A DNA stretch of 50,109 nt, from the sequence record DRR723986_28476, one strand, 5' to 3'. Of the stretch, positions 27,801-37,501 are shown piece by piece. The notes beneath the pieces were generated by a model. It worked only from the letters and a program-made list of their open reading frames with translations, did no database searches and was not told where the DNA came from. The position numbers and the translations under genes are program-made. Within the stretch, counting starts at the first letter, position 1, and each line of letters starts with the position of its first letter.

Positions 27801-30800
27801 CTTCGCTGTCAGCGTGAAGGAACATTTTTATTCGCTCAAACTGTACCAAATCCAAGGTTACGTTTTTAAACACTGCTCGTGCATCTCTGGCTCCAAGGTC
27901 CTCCACACAAACTCGAAGTGATTGTTCGTTCAGTCTTCTTTCTACCGTGGAAGTGTTGTCACGGTCTCTGTAGATTCCAGGAGGTAGCACATAAGGGCTT
28001 TCTGTAGAACTTCCCTGACTATTTTCCTCTATGCCGACGACGTCTACTGTCACATTCGAATTGTCAGGTTCAGGTATTTCAAAAAGACCCCTTTCGAAGA
28101 GTGATTCCTGAAAAACTCTCCACTGACTACCGACCATTCGGAAGTTAGCCATACGAAGTACTACAGGTTGCTCAAAATCTGTCAAATAGGTCCTGAACCA
28201 ACGTATAGATTTGAAACCAGTTATATCGCCTTCAACGCGGTCTGGTTGGCGGACAGGAATACGGAATAAGTACCAGTCTACAGATTCACCATTGACATTG
28301 GCAGTGGTTTTATCAACAATATTGTTTTGGCCTACTACCAAGCTTCCAGGTTTGAGATCCATCTCATAAGAGTAATAGTTCTCCAGTTCGTTGATAGTAT
28401 TATCCGTATTAAGGTCCTCATTGTCCGGCGTGTTAGATCCGGAAGGAGTGTAGGGGAGGTTTTGGTTGGCAGATACTGGCGTGTTACCTTCCATGCCATT
28501 GAATTTCTTATAACGTTCTAGAATCTTAGTATCATTTTGATCAAAAGATTCATCAAGGTAATATTCGAATAAATCCCCGGAGACATCCTGCAAAATTTCG
28601 TTTCTGGCGTTCGCAGATACATTTAGGCGGTTTAGGAATCTGCTACGGAAAAAATCTGCTTCATCTTCATTTTTCAAACCATCCAAACCAACATCTTGAT
28701 TTTGTCGGGAGGTCTCCGAGTTATCAAAAGCAGGAAGTAGGTATTGCTCACGAGTGATTCTCCCCCATTCATTTTGGCCTGTTTCAGCTGGATCTCCATC
28801 CGCTGGAAGCCCATTTTCAAATGCATGTCGGCCATCTTTCAAGATGTCTTCAGAGATATCTCCTAAATTGATAAAAAGCTTACCGCCTGTGGTATTGTTT
28901 TGATTGAATTTTCCGTCCAACACTCTACCATTTTCTCCCTCTATAAACGGATCTAAAAGCCAGAATTCTATGTATTCTATGTTTGTTCGGTCAAAATCAA
29001 CTTCAGTAGTGATCGCTCTAGTTACTCCACCAAAATTCTTCTTTGGATCTGGAAGTAGTCCATCTTGAGTGAGGTTTGTATTGTAATTATACATACCACG
29101 TTCACTAGGGAAGTAGGCTAATTCAAATAGAGGCTCAGGTGTTACAATTACATCTCGATCTTGCTGAGGGAATATTTCTTGGGGGAGAACGCGTCTTACA
29201 TAATGATTTCTCCGATCTTCCCGAGTAATGTTGGAGGGGACACCAGGCCCACTTTCTCGATAGAAAATATTATCAATATTGTACCAAGCGACTCTGGCTC
29301 GTCTGTAGGCAGCACCAAGGTTGTCTTCTGTTTGATTACTCAAATCAAATCTATTGTCAAATGTCTGTGGTACAGATGATAATTTCCAATTTTGATTTGC
29401 AGCCCCGCCAAGATTATAAGGTGTAATCGCTGCTTCAAAATCATCTATGTATGATGCCTGCTCACCATTCACACGATTGGAAGTTCCCGGGATAAGATGG
29501 GCAAATTCCCCACTTATATTTACCAAAGATGTTTCTTTGGTGTCTGTAAATGGTAGTGCATCCGCCATTTTGGTAAGCCAGCGGGATTCGTCACTGAAAT
29601 TCCCATCCAAACCCCATAGGCTATTTCTTAAAGTCTCACTTCCTGTAGCTATCCGTGTAACGTTCGGTCTTTCGTTTAGGTAAAGGAATGTGCCTCCTAA
29701 GTTAAATTTGTCGCTGAATAAGTAGTCGAGGCGGGTTCCAAGCAAGCTTCGTGTTTGGAATGACACTAAATCAGCTTTCTCAAAACTGACATTGATCTGT
29801 TTGCCTGATTGAAGTATTGCATCATTGATAATCACAAGTCTTCCAACATTGTAATCAATAGTGTAATCTACCCCTTCAGTTAGTGGGATGTTTCCTGCCT
29901 GGACTATCACAGATCCAGGTGAAATGTTAAGTCCGGGAAGCTGAATCTCACTTGCAGAACCGGCCGTCAATCGGCCTTTGATAAAGTATTTGTTTAGCCT
30001 AGTTACGAGCTCCGCATCTGCTTGAGTAGTTTTGTATAGTGTATCATATACATATTTCTCTTTCAGAACTACCTCCCCTGGCTGGAAATACTTTTCAAGA
30101 TTAGACCCGAAAGGCTCCAAGACTGGAAATACCAAAAGCCCTCGATTGGTTAGAATGGTGAGACCCTCGACAAAGTCAAAATTCCCATCCGGGGCAGGGT
30201 CATTTTGTGGATTCAGATTGTCGAGTCCAGTTAAACGAATTAGTGGTTTGTCCTTAACGTCTGCTCCTTCTAATAGTGAGGGGTTGTCAAGTCCAGTTCT
30301 ATCGTCTCTATAAATTACCTGTAGCTGAAAACCATCACGTGTGATTTGATTGGCATTCAAGCTATAGACATTCTTCATCATGAGATCCCAAGTTGGGACA
30401 CGCGTATTGATTCTCGCAGGTCGAAGCAATTTCATGAAAATCAGTTCATCTTCTTGCCTGGTTTGATAGTCCTCTGTTAACTCTCCTACTTTATACACTT
30501 GACCATTGTAGGTGTATTCGTAAGAAACAGCCAATACTTCATCATTTTGAAGTCTTCTGAAAAGTGATAAATACCCAAGCTGAGGATTGAAAAAATATTC
30601 TGTAGGGTCTAATTTCCGTGCTCCATTTATTTGTTCAAAATCGACGCCTTTTCTTAATCCTAAGCTATTTTCTATAGCACGAGATCCTGTGTCAAAGGGG
30701 CGAAAAGCCGGATTTCTCGAAATATTTGAATAAAGAAGGTTTGCAGAGTTGCTCGCTGGGGCCGAAGGTGTACCAGTGCCGATATTCGGATTTGTGGGAT

Positions 30801-31980
30801 TGTATATTACATTTCCTTCGCCAAGATCCATAAATGCTGCGAAATTCCGGAGCGTTTCAGTATTTGCCGCACGGTTCATTATGTAAACCTCGATTCTTGT
30901 CACATTCACCCCGGAAAGCACCTGTGGAAGTCCTCTGAGCCAACGCTCATAATTGTCACGAAAGAAGTGTGCAATAAAGAAGTGTCGATTATCGTCGTAT
31001 TTGGAAGCTTGAATGTCAAAGGATCTTCCTTGGCCATTGGCATCTATGGTCAAATTATCTCTACGGCCACGCTGAGTAGAAGCAACCGCTGTGACTCCCA
31101 ATTTACCAAACTGAAGTTGTGTCTTGACCCCAAAAAGATTCTGAGCACCTTGAATCAGGCGATTTTGGACAGGCATACTCACGTTCCCTATTTCAATGGA
31201 CTGGATGATATCTTCTTCAAATCCATCAAATTCCAGTTTCATTTGGTTCTGAAAATCAAATGAATTATTGGAATCAAAGTTGGCGCCGATTTTAACTTTT
31301 TCTCCCAAAGAACCATTTACCGCCATTTGGATCTGCTGGTCAAAATTGAATCCGCCATTTTGCTGCTGCCTAATGGGTAGAGTAGGGTTATCTACTCTTC
31401 GAAAGATTGCTCCGAAGTCTAGATTGACATAGCCTGATGGAACAATATTGATTTCACTCCCTCCAAAAAGTCGGTCAAACGAAGGGCTTACTGTGAGCGG
31501 AGGAATTAATCCTCTTCCTTCTACTGCACTTTCTCCATCGCCACCCCGTGAACGGCTTCGCCAATAATCCTGCCTGACTTTATATTCTTGAATCTTAGAA
31601 AATTGCTCGAAATCGTATTCTTGCTCATTCCCTACACGGACTGTATCAATCTGTTCAACCACATTGTACCGAAGTGCAGAGTCAATTTTCACTTCTACAT
31701 TTTGGGTAATAGGACTAGCCTGTAAAAATGGTATTTGGGACTGTAGGAAAGGATTCCGCGTTGGGAATAGAGGATTTGTCCTCAGGTTTTGCCAAAGCAA
31801 ATACGAGGGGGTTAGTCTCCTTCGATTCAATGAATCAATCCGGGACTGAACGCTGTCAGGATTGGTTTGTTGAGCCTCAGAAGTGGAATAGGCGAGTAGA
31901 AGACCAAATAGGATGAATAATTCAGGCCAACTACCGAGAAACCTCCTCCCGAAAAAAGTCAGTACACTCAAAAAGGTCAA
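24850..31980 (-). CDS. sprA: T9SS translocon SprA (Sov)
   Basis: About 2376 aa; FDFQNQMKL, IEIGNVSMP, LIQGAQNLFG, WDLMMKNVY, SYIDDFE, ISEDILKDG, WANELR; ruvA-sprA-gcvH synteny. TTG start uncertain. Confidence 0.95.
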   Translation of the reverse strand: MTFLSVLTFFGRRFLGSWPELFILFGLLLAYSTSEAQQTNPDSVQSRIDSLNRRRLTPSYLLWQNLRTNPLFPTRNPFLQSQIPFLQASPITQNVEVKIDSALRYNVVEQIDTVRVGNEQEYDFEQFSKIQEYKVRQDYWRSRSRGGDGESAVEGRGLIPPLTVSPSFDRLFGGSEINIVPSGYVNLDFGAIFRRVDNPTLPIRQQQNGGFNFDQQIQMAVNGSLGEKVKIGANFDSNNSFDFQNQMKLEFDGFEEDIIQSIEIGNVSMPVQNRLIQGAQNLFGVKTQLQFGKLGVTAVASTQRGRRDNLTIDANGQGRSFDIQASKYDDNRHFFIAHFFRDNYERWLRGLPQVLSGVNVTRIEVYIMNRAANTETLRNFAAFMDLGEGNVIYNPTNPNIGTGTPSAPASNSANLLYSNISRNPAFRPFDTGSRAIENSLGLRKGVDFEQINGARKLDPTEYFFNPQLGYLSLFRRLQNDEVLAVSYEYTYNGQVYKVGELTEDYQTRQEDELIFMKLLRPARINTRVPTWDLMMKNVYSLNANQITRDGFQLQVIYRDDRTGLDNPSLLEGADVKDKPLIRLTGLDNLNPQNDPAPDGNFDFVEGLTILTNRGLLVFPVLEPFGSNLEKYFQPGEVVLKEKYVYDTLYKTTQADAELVTRLNKYFIKGRLTAGSASEIQLPGLNISPGSVIVQAGNIPLTEGVDYTIDYNVGRLVIINDAILQSGKQINVSFEKADLVSFQTRSLLGTRLDYLFSDKFNLGGTFLYLNERPNVTRIATGSETLRNSLWGLDGNFSDESRWLTKMADALPFTDTKETSLVNISGEFAHLIPGTSNRVNGEQASYIDDFEAAITPYNLGGAANQNWKLSSVPQTFDNRFDLSNQTEDNLGAAYRRARVAWYNIDNIFYRESGPGVPSNITREDRRNHYVRRVLPQEIFPQQDRDVIVTPEPLFELAYFPSERGMYNYNTNLTQDGLLPDPKKNFGGVTRAITTEVDFDRTNIEYIEFWLLDPFIEGENGRVLDGKFNQNNTTGGKLFINLGDISEDILKDGRHAFENGLPADGDPAETGQNEWGRITREQYLLPAFDNSETSRQNQDVGLDGLKNEDEADFFRSRFLNRLNVSANARNEILQDVSGDLFEYYLDESFDQNDTKILERYKKFNGMEGNTPVSANQNLPYTPSGSNTPDNEDLNTDNTINELENYYSYEMDLKPGSLVVGQNNIVDKTTANVNGESVDWYLFRIPVRQPDRVEGDITGFKSIRWFRTYLTDFEQPVVLRMANFRMVGSQWRVFQESLFERGLFEIPEPDNSNVTVDVVGIEENSQGSSTESPYVLPPGIYRDRDNTSTVERRLNEQSLRVCVEDLGARDARAVFKNVTLDLVQFERIKMFLHADSEDAMDGEITAFLRLGTDNTDNYYEIEVPLVITPKGTRDPELIWPAENEIDIAIQEIVGVKVARDNQHVPLNIPFSQQVGRYTVTVVGRPELNQSQSSMIGVRNPGTNGGGSRSICIWANELRVTGATKSNGWAANALMNVKIADVAVVTGSIRHNSIGFGGLETRLSQRARQATTQYDISTNVDIHKLLPEAIGVSIPMYFSIENSTTKPEYDPLNPDVPFEVALQKFETQDQKEAYRKIALDQINRKNISFNNVRKLKSNPDSENHFYDLSNLSFSYAFGIMNQTNAQIQDYTYKTYRGNVTYSFQPKALTFEPFKNAGFLDSKYLQLIKDFNLNLSPTLILARLDIDRKHLRSQYRNDQLNTSGVDPLFQKSFFMNRFYSLNWDLTKNLRVDYTGSVMAVVDEPQGDLDTEQKSDSVRYNAWRFGRRTNYNHSINLNYTLPLDKIPFTDWIKADYKYITTYTWLTGAIGQKDTLGNSIQNTRDQTLNGKFDLIRLYNKNKKLAALNAPKRPSIPGRNETQAEDTIGTPFTNRLLKTLMMVKEVTFNYGKIEGTFLPGYMPNTGLLGMDRAFDNPGLAFLFGSQDPTIRNEFAQAGIMAPSSELTQTFRQSSVVNMKFGSIIEPFQDFKITLNATKREVGDYQEIFRNSMDNPGVYESISPNRLGAYSITTIMIGTSFSKDGFDNVSPLFTEFEKNREIIKNRLETAGGGGEYSINGQDVLIPAFLAAYRGKDASESNMNPFPKTPLPNWRLDYRGLSRLKGLSDIFSSINITHMYTSTYDASNFSNSLQYQQGLELYNTLQNIPRPTEVNDEGQYIPIYVLNQVVLTERFAPLVGLDLLTKDRLNIAVNYNKERTLGLNFSNSQVTEQKSNDFGLTLGYTKAGLRIPFKFQGRQSVLKNDVQFKLDSKVVSTTQIQRKIEEGSTVTSGNLNISIRPTISYLINQNLNLTLYFDRTINDPRVTTAYKRTSTAFGGQLRFNLGQ

Positions 31981-31992
31981 TACAACTTAATA

Positions 31993-32589
31993 TTATGATG
32001 TCTTTAAAGATGCTTTAATTAAATCTTCTAACGAAATTTCTTCAGTGGTTTTTTTCAGCACAGCAGCTATATTTTTCTCAGCAGCTGCTTTTGGAAAACC
32101 TAGCGTAATGAGTGCTTGTAACGCTTCTTCGCGGATTTTATTGCTGGATTTCAAAAATCCTAATGAGGTAGATGAAGCATCAGTTCCACCTTTTCCTACC
32201 TTGTCTTTAAGTTCTAATATGATACGTTGCGCGGTTTTTGCACCTATCCCTTTAACATGCTGGATGGTAGCTACATCCCCCGCCAAAATTGCCTGCTCTA
32301 TTTCTAGGGAGCTAAGTGATGAAAGAATCATGAGGCCTGTACTTGGACCTACTCCATTAATTGAGAGCAATAATAAAAATAGTCGCTTTTCATCCTCTTT
32401 TTTGAATCCAAAAAGGGTATGAGCATCTTCTTTGATATGAAGGAAGGTGAGGAGCTTAATCTGCTCCTCATCCTTGATTTCTGTATAGGTTTGAAGGGAT
32501 ATTTTTACATGATATCCAATCCCGTTCACATCAATAATGACATAAGTGGGGTCTTTGTAAACCAGTTTTCCACTTAGATAATCGATCAT
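31993..32589 (-). CDS. ruvA: Holliday junction branch migration protein RuvA
   Basis: MIDYLSG, IKEDAHTLFGF, HhH motifs INGVGP and VKGIGAKTAQRIILELKDK, EALQALITLGF. Confidence 0.97.
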   Translation of the reverse strand: MIDYLSGKLVYKDPTYVIIDVNGIGYHVKISLQTYTEIKDEEQIKLLTFLHIKEDAHTLFGFKKEDEKRLFLLLLSINGVGPSTGLMILSSLSSLEIEQAILAGDVATIQHVKGIGAKTAQRIILELKDKVGKGGTDASSTSLGFLKSSNKIREEALQALITLGFPKAAAEKNIAAVLKKTTEEISLEDLIKASLKTS

Positions 32590-34856
32590 AAGCTACTGCT
32601 GGATTGTGCATCTACTACTGCCACAGCTACCATGTTAACAATCTCACGTATTGAACTTCCCAGCTGTAGGATATGTACTGGTTTGTTCATACCGAGCAGA
32701 ATAGGACCAATCGCTTCAGAGTTTCCAAGTTCAGCTAAAAGCTTGTAGGCAATGTTACCTGAACTTAAATCAGGGAAAATTAGCGTGTTTGCTCTTTTGT
32801 GTATGAGTTTGGAGAATGGATACATTTCACGTTGGATATCTTCATTAATCGCAACATTGGCCTGCATTTCTCCTTCGATGACTAAGTCTGGATATTTTTT
32901 CTGAGCTATGGCTGTCGCCTTTGCCATTTTTCCCGGTATATCTCCTTTAGCAGATCCAAAGTTGGAATAAGAAAGGACTGCTATTCGAGGTTCCATGTTG
33001 AAAAATCTCACCGCATCTGCCGTCAGACCGATAATCTCAACCAATTCTTCAGCAGTAGGATTGAGATTTACCGTTGCGTCAGCAAAGAAATACGGGCCCT
33101 TCGGCGTATTCATTATATACATACCCGCCACACGATTCACACCAGGTTTTACACCGATAGTTTGCAGTGATGGCAAGATGGTTTTTGGATAATCACGCGT
33201 AAGACCTGAGATAAAAGCATCTGCAGCTCCAGATTCTACCATTAATGCCCCGAAGTAATTTCTCTGAGTAACAAGTCTCGCTGCATCTCCCACAGTCATT
33301 CCCTTTCTATTTCGCTTTTGAAAGAGCATTTCAGCGAATTTGATCAGCATCTCCTTTTCCTCCATAGGATCTATGATGGTTACATTGCTCAGATCTAAGG
33401 AATTATCGGCTATAAGTGATAAGATTTTTTCTCTATTGCCCAGGAGTATAGGTTCACCAATTTTTTCGTCACGGATGATTTGAGCTGCTTTGAGTATTTT
33501 CCTGTTATCTGCTTCCGCAAATACAACGCGCTTAGGATCTTTTTTTGCTCTTGCGATTACCACAGACATCAATCGTTGATCAATACCGATTCGCTCTTGA
33601 AGCTCAAGCTCGTAAGCGTCCCAGTCCTTGATAGGATATTTAGCAACACCGGTTTCCATAGCAGCTTTTGCTACAGCTGGAGCAATCGTAGTAATCAATC
33701 GTGGATCTAGTGGCTTTGGTATCAGGTATAATCGTCCAAAACCCAGTTTATCTTCTCCGTAAGCTTTGTTTACAATATCTGGAACAGGTTCTTTCGCCAA
33801 TTTTGCGATAGCGTGAGCTGCTGCCAATTTCATGGATTCATTGATAGCTGTAGCTCTCACGTCTAATGCTCCCCTGAATATGTAAGGAAATCCTAATACG
33901 TTATTCACTTGGTTTGGATGATCAGAACGTCCGGTTGCCATGATTAGGTCGGGACGAGTAGCCACGGCCAGCTCATAGGAAATTTCGGGATCTGGATTTG
34001 CTAAAGCGAAAACGATCGGATTTGGGGCCATCAGCTTCAATTGATCCTGAGAAACAATATTTCCTGCAGAAAGGCCTAAGAAAACATCCGCGTCTTTCAA
34101 GGCATCAGAAAGAGTATTTAGGTCTCTATCCGTGGCAAATTCTTTTCTGATTTCATCCAGATCGGTTCTATCTGATCTCAAGATTCCGACGATGTCACAT
34201 AAAACTATATTTTCCTTTTTAATACCTAAAGAAATATAGAATCGAGTACAGGAAATTGCCGCAGCTCCAGCACCGTTTACCACCAATTTGATTGTTGAGA
34301 TATCTTTCTCTACAATTTCCAGTGCATTAAGTAAAGCTGCTCCAGAGATAATTGCTGTGCCATGCTGATCATCATGCATGACAGGGATTTTCATTTCCCG
34401 CTTAAGTTCAGTTTCTATTTCAAAGCATTCAGGTGCTTTAATGTCTTCCAGATTAATCCCGCCAAAAGTTGGTTCAAGAGACTTGATTATTTGGATTAAC
34501 TTTTTGGGGTCTTTTTCATTGATCTCAATGTCGAAAACGTCTATTCCTGCAAATTTCTTGAAAAGAACACCTTTTCCCTCCATCACAGGCTTCGATGCTT
34601 CGGGACCTATATCTCCAAGTCCAAGAACGGCTGTACCGTTTGAAATAACACCTACCAAATTGCCTTTGGCAGTGTATTTATAGACGTTTTCAACATCCGC
34701 TTCGATTTCTTTGCAGGGTTCTGCAACTCCCGGCGAATAAGCCAGCGCAAGATCCATCTGGCTAGAAAGTGGTTTTGTGGGATTTACTTCAATTTTGCCA
34801 GGCGAGCCTTGCGTATGATAATTTAGTGCGTCTTCCTTGCGGATTTTGATTGCCAT
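32586..34856 (-). CDS. maeB: NADP-dependent malic enzyme with phosphotransacetylase-like domain
   Basis: LAYSPGVA, KPVMEGK, HDDQHGTA, GRSDHPNQVNNVLGFP, C-terminal PTA-like GEMQAN and GPILLG. Confidence 0.95.
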   Translation of the reverse strand: MAIKIRKEDALNYHTQGSPGKIEVNPTKPLSSQMDLALAYSPGVAEPCKEIEADVENVYKYTAKGNLVGVISNGTAVLGLGDIGPEASKPVMEGKGVLFKKFAGIDVFDIEINEKDPKKLIQIIKSLEPTFGGINLEDIKAPECFEIETELKREMKIPVMHDDQHGTAIISGAALLNALEIVEKDISTIKLVVNGAGAAAISCTRFYISLGIKKENIVLCDIVGILRSDRTDLDEIRKEFATDRDLNTLSDALKDADVFLGLSAGNIVSQDQLKLMAPNPIVFALANPDPEISYELAVATRPDLIMATGRSDHPNQVNNVLGFPYIFRGALDVRATAINESMKLAAAHAIAKLAKEPVPDIVNKAYGEDKLGFGRLYLIPKPLDPRLITTIAPAVAKAAMETGVAKYPIKDWDAYELELQERIGIDQRLMSVVIARAKKDPKRVVFAEADNRKILKAAQIIRDEKIGEPILLGNREKILSLIADNSLDLSNVTIIDPMEEKEMLIKFAEMLFQKRNRKGMTVGDAARLVTQRNYFGALMVESGAADAFISGLTRDYPKTILPSLQTIGVKPGVNRVAGMYIMNTPKGPYFFADATVNLNPTAEELVEIIGLTADAVRFFNMEPRIAVLSYSNFGSAKGDIPGKMAKATAIAQKKYPDLVIEGEMQANVAINEDIQREMYPFSKLIHKRANTLIFPDLSSGNIAYKLLAELGNSEAIGPILLGMNKPVHILQLGSSIREIVNMVAVAVVDAQSSSSL

Positions 34857-34878
34857 AAAAGCTAGTATAATTTGGGTT

Positions 34879-35976
34879 TTAGGCCCCTTGGTCCTCCTTC
34901 CAACTCACATTAGTGTTCAGAAGAATAGTCTCTATTTCTCTGAGGGCATCTCTGTGTATTTCATTAGGATAAAATACGAACCCTTCAATGTAATAAAGTT
35001 TTCCTTTTTTCTGATCAATCATGAGGTAACCAAGATAGGATCCACCCATACTTGTGTTGTTGGTTTTCCAAGCGCCTCTTATTTCTGTGGTAAAATTATC
35101 ATTAATCACCATGTTTCTAAAAGCAGGCGGAATTTGTTTTTCAGAAACCACATAGGAAGTTGTGTCTTCTGGATCTCCAAAAATGTGTTGTTTTGTAATT
35201 GAGTCTCTGAGTTTGAGGATGTTTGCTGGGAAAGTTTGCTCTTCCGAAGTATAATCGGTCTCGTAGAAAAATAAACTTATATCAGCTCGATTTCCACTTG
35301 GGGTAATCTGTCTCACCCATAGAAAATCATCTTCTGATTTCGCTACCTGATAGGAGGCAGGTACATTGATCTCAATTCCAAGGTTCTCTCTCGCTTCCAC
35401 TGCGGCGGCAGAATTTTTTCTAGCAAGTATGATTTTTTCCAATCTTCCTCTTTCTCTTACTTCAAAAAGATTCTGAAGTCTACTTCCGTTTTTCTTTAAA
35501 TTCTCTACTAATTGTTCCTCTGTATTGCCAAACAAATAAAGTACTTCTTGGCCAATAGCATATTCATCCTCCATTCGCAATGAATAAATGTTAGGATCAT
35601 TCATTGCCTTTTCTTTTGATTCCTTGGAAAACTGAGCATTGATCACCTGACTAGCGGACCCTTTGTCGTCGAAAGTTGTGACGTATACTAAGTTGGTGGA
35701 CATTTTGAGCATGCGTGTCATGGCTCTAGGGTCTACTGTGTTTACTTTGAACTTTGCTTCTGATCGAATCATTCCTGGGATGTCGGATTCGAAAATTTCT
35801 TTCAGTTGATCTCCAACTGGGCCAGCCCATTTTACTGAGTCTATTACTAAGATAATTTCCCCTATGGAGCCTCTTGCTTTTGGCTTAGAGCTGTCTGCTC
35901 CTGTTCCCTCAGATTCACAGGAAGTAAATACAATGCCCATGAGTAGGGCTATGAGAATGGATGAAATGGTCTTCAT
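34879..35976 (-). CDS. DUF4837-family lipoprotein
   Basis: From ATG 35976: MKTISS...VFTSC lipobox; RDS..K..I.G, RGAW, MGG, EGFVFYP motifs. Confidence 0.75.
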   Translation of the reverse strand: MKTISSILIALLMGIVFTSCESEGTGADSSKPKARGSIGEIILVIDSVKWAGPVGDQLKEIFESDIPGMIRSEAKFKVNTVDPRAMTRMLKMSTNLVYVTTFDDKGSASQVINAQFSKESKEKAMNDPNIYSLRMEDEYAIGQEVLYLFGNTEEQLVENLKKNGSRLQNLFEVRERGRLEKIILARKNSAAAVEARENLGIEINVPASYQVAKSEDDFLWVRQITPSGNRADISLFFYETDYTSEEQTFPANILKLRDSITKQHIFGDPEDTTSYVVSEKQIPPAFRNMVINDNFTTEIRGAWKTNNTSMGGSYLGYLMIDQKKGKLYYIEGFVFYPNEIHRDALREIETILLNTNVSWKEDQGA

Positions 35977-36098
35977 TTTTGGTCGTTTGATTCTTGGATA
36001 GGTCAAATTAAGTACATCGTAACATTTATCCTTATTTAGGATTGAATATTACCATTACTTAAAAAAAATTAACAAACTATAGGAAAATCTGGCGCGAA

Positions 36099-37487
36099 TT
36101 AGCCGATAATAAGTTTCTGACCTGGCTTAATGTTATTTGAATTCAGATTGTTCAGACGCTTAATCTGGTCCACGGTAAGGCCTTCATGTTTTCTTGAAAT
36201 AATCCAAAGTGAATCTCCGGGCTGAACAATGTATGTGGTTTGTCCTGAGGCATTTGTTTGTGTCGTAGCAATGTTTCCAGACATTCCTGAATTTATTCTT
36301 AAAGTCTGTCCAACACGAATCAGATTTGAAGAAAGATTATTCCACGATTTTAATTGAGTTACGGTGACTCCGTGCCGCTGAGCAATGGAACCTAAAACAT
36401 CACCTGATCTAACTTTATATACTGTGCCATTTTGCCTGATGTCTTGAGCTAGCGCTTCCACAGATTGAACCTTTACGTTAGAAGCTAGCAGCACAGTCGG
36501 AGCATTATTCAGCGAATCATTTAACCATGCAAGGTTTTCTTTGATATAAGGGGCTTTGGTTCGAGGAATTCGAAGAGCCATGTTCTTATTGCTTTCTGGT
36601 ATCCTGCTATTCTTAATCGCGGGGTTTAAAGTTTTTAAGTCTGCTACACAGAGATTTGTTAATTCGGCAAGCTTATCTAAGCTTAGTGCTCTATCAAAAC
36701 GGATTTTCTCATATTCCACTACATAGGTAGGGTCTTCTGGATAAAAATTATGCTCTTCTAGGTGATTTAAAATATATAACATTGCTTGTACCTGAGGTAC
36801 GTAGCTGCGGGTTTCTCGAGGTAAATAGTTATAAATCCCCCAAAAAGTTTTCTTTCCACCAGATCTACGGATTGCTTTTCTCACGTTGCCAGGCCCACAA
36901 TTGTATGCAGCCATTGCTACTTCCCAATCACCAAACATTCGATAAAGTGATTTTAAATATTTCGCAGCTGCTTCGGTAGAAAGTTCTGGATCCATTCTGT
37001 CATCTACCTCATTGTTGGTGTTCATTCCGTACATTCTGCCAGTCGCTGGCATAAACTGCCAAAGACCCATAGCACCTACTCGAGATCGGATCTGAGGATC
37101 AAGCCCAGATTCAATGATTGATAAATATTTGATTTCCAAAGGCATATCATGTTTTCGCATCATTTCATCAAACATTGGAAAAAACAACTCTTTACGAGCC
37201 AAGACCATTTTGGTGTAGTCTCTATTTCTTACAGTGAAGTATTGGATGAAAGAAAAAATACGATCATTCAGCTCAAATGCCATTTCATGATCCATCGCTC
37301 TTACTCTACGATCGATGTCATCATAAGTGAAATCTGGAATGTATTCGTAATGGTAATTAGGTAAAACCTCCTCATCGAGTAGGGGAGCAGCGGCAATAGA
37401 TTCATCATCCTGAGAATATGCTTTGGACAGTGGAATCATACATGTGATAAGCGCAAGTGTGAAAATTCTGAACAAAGGGTTTTTCAT
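36099..37487 (-). CDS. mltD: Lytic transglycosylase with two LysM domains (MltD-like)
   Basis: IIESGL, GLWQFMPATG, AAYNCGPG, ETRSYVP, two LysM repeats. Confidence 0.9.
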   Translation of the reverse strand: MKNPLFRIFTLALITCMIPLSKAYSQDDESIAAAPLLDEEVLPNYHYEYIPDFTYDDIDRRVRAMDHEMAFELNDRIFSFIQYFTVRNRDYTKMVLARKELFFPMFDEMMRKHDMPLEIKYLSIIESGLDPQIRSRVGAMGLWQFMPATGRMYGMNTNNEVDDRMDPELSTEAAAKYLKSLYRMFGDWEVAMAAYNCGPGNVRKAIRRSGGKKTFWGIYNYLPRETRSYVPQVQAMLYILNHLEEHNFYPEDPTYVVEYEKIRFDRALSLDKLAELTNLCVADLKTLNPAIKNSRIPESNKNMALRIPRTKAPYIKENLAWLNDSLNNAPTVLLASNVKVQSVEALAQDIRQNGTVYKVRSGDVLGSIAQRHGVTVTQLKSWNNLSSNLIRVGQTLRINSGMSGNIATTQTNASGQTTYIVQPGDSLWIISRKHEGLTVDQIKRLNNLNSNNIKPGQKLIIG

Positions 37488-37501
37488 AGGGATAATGGGT
37501 T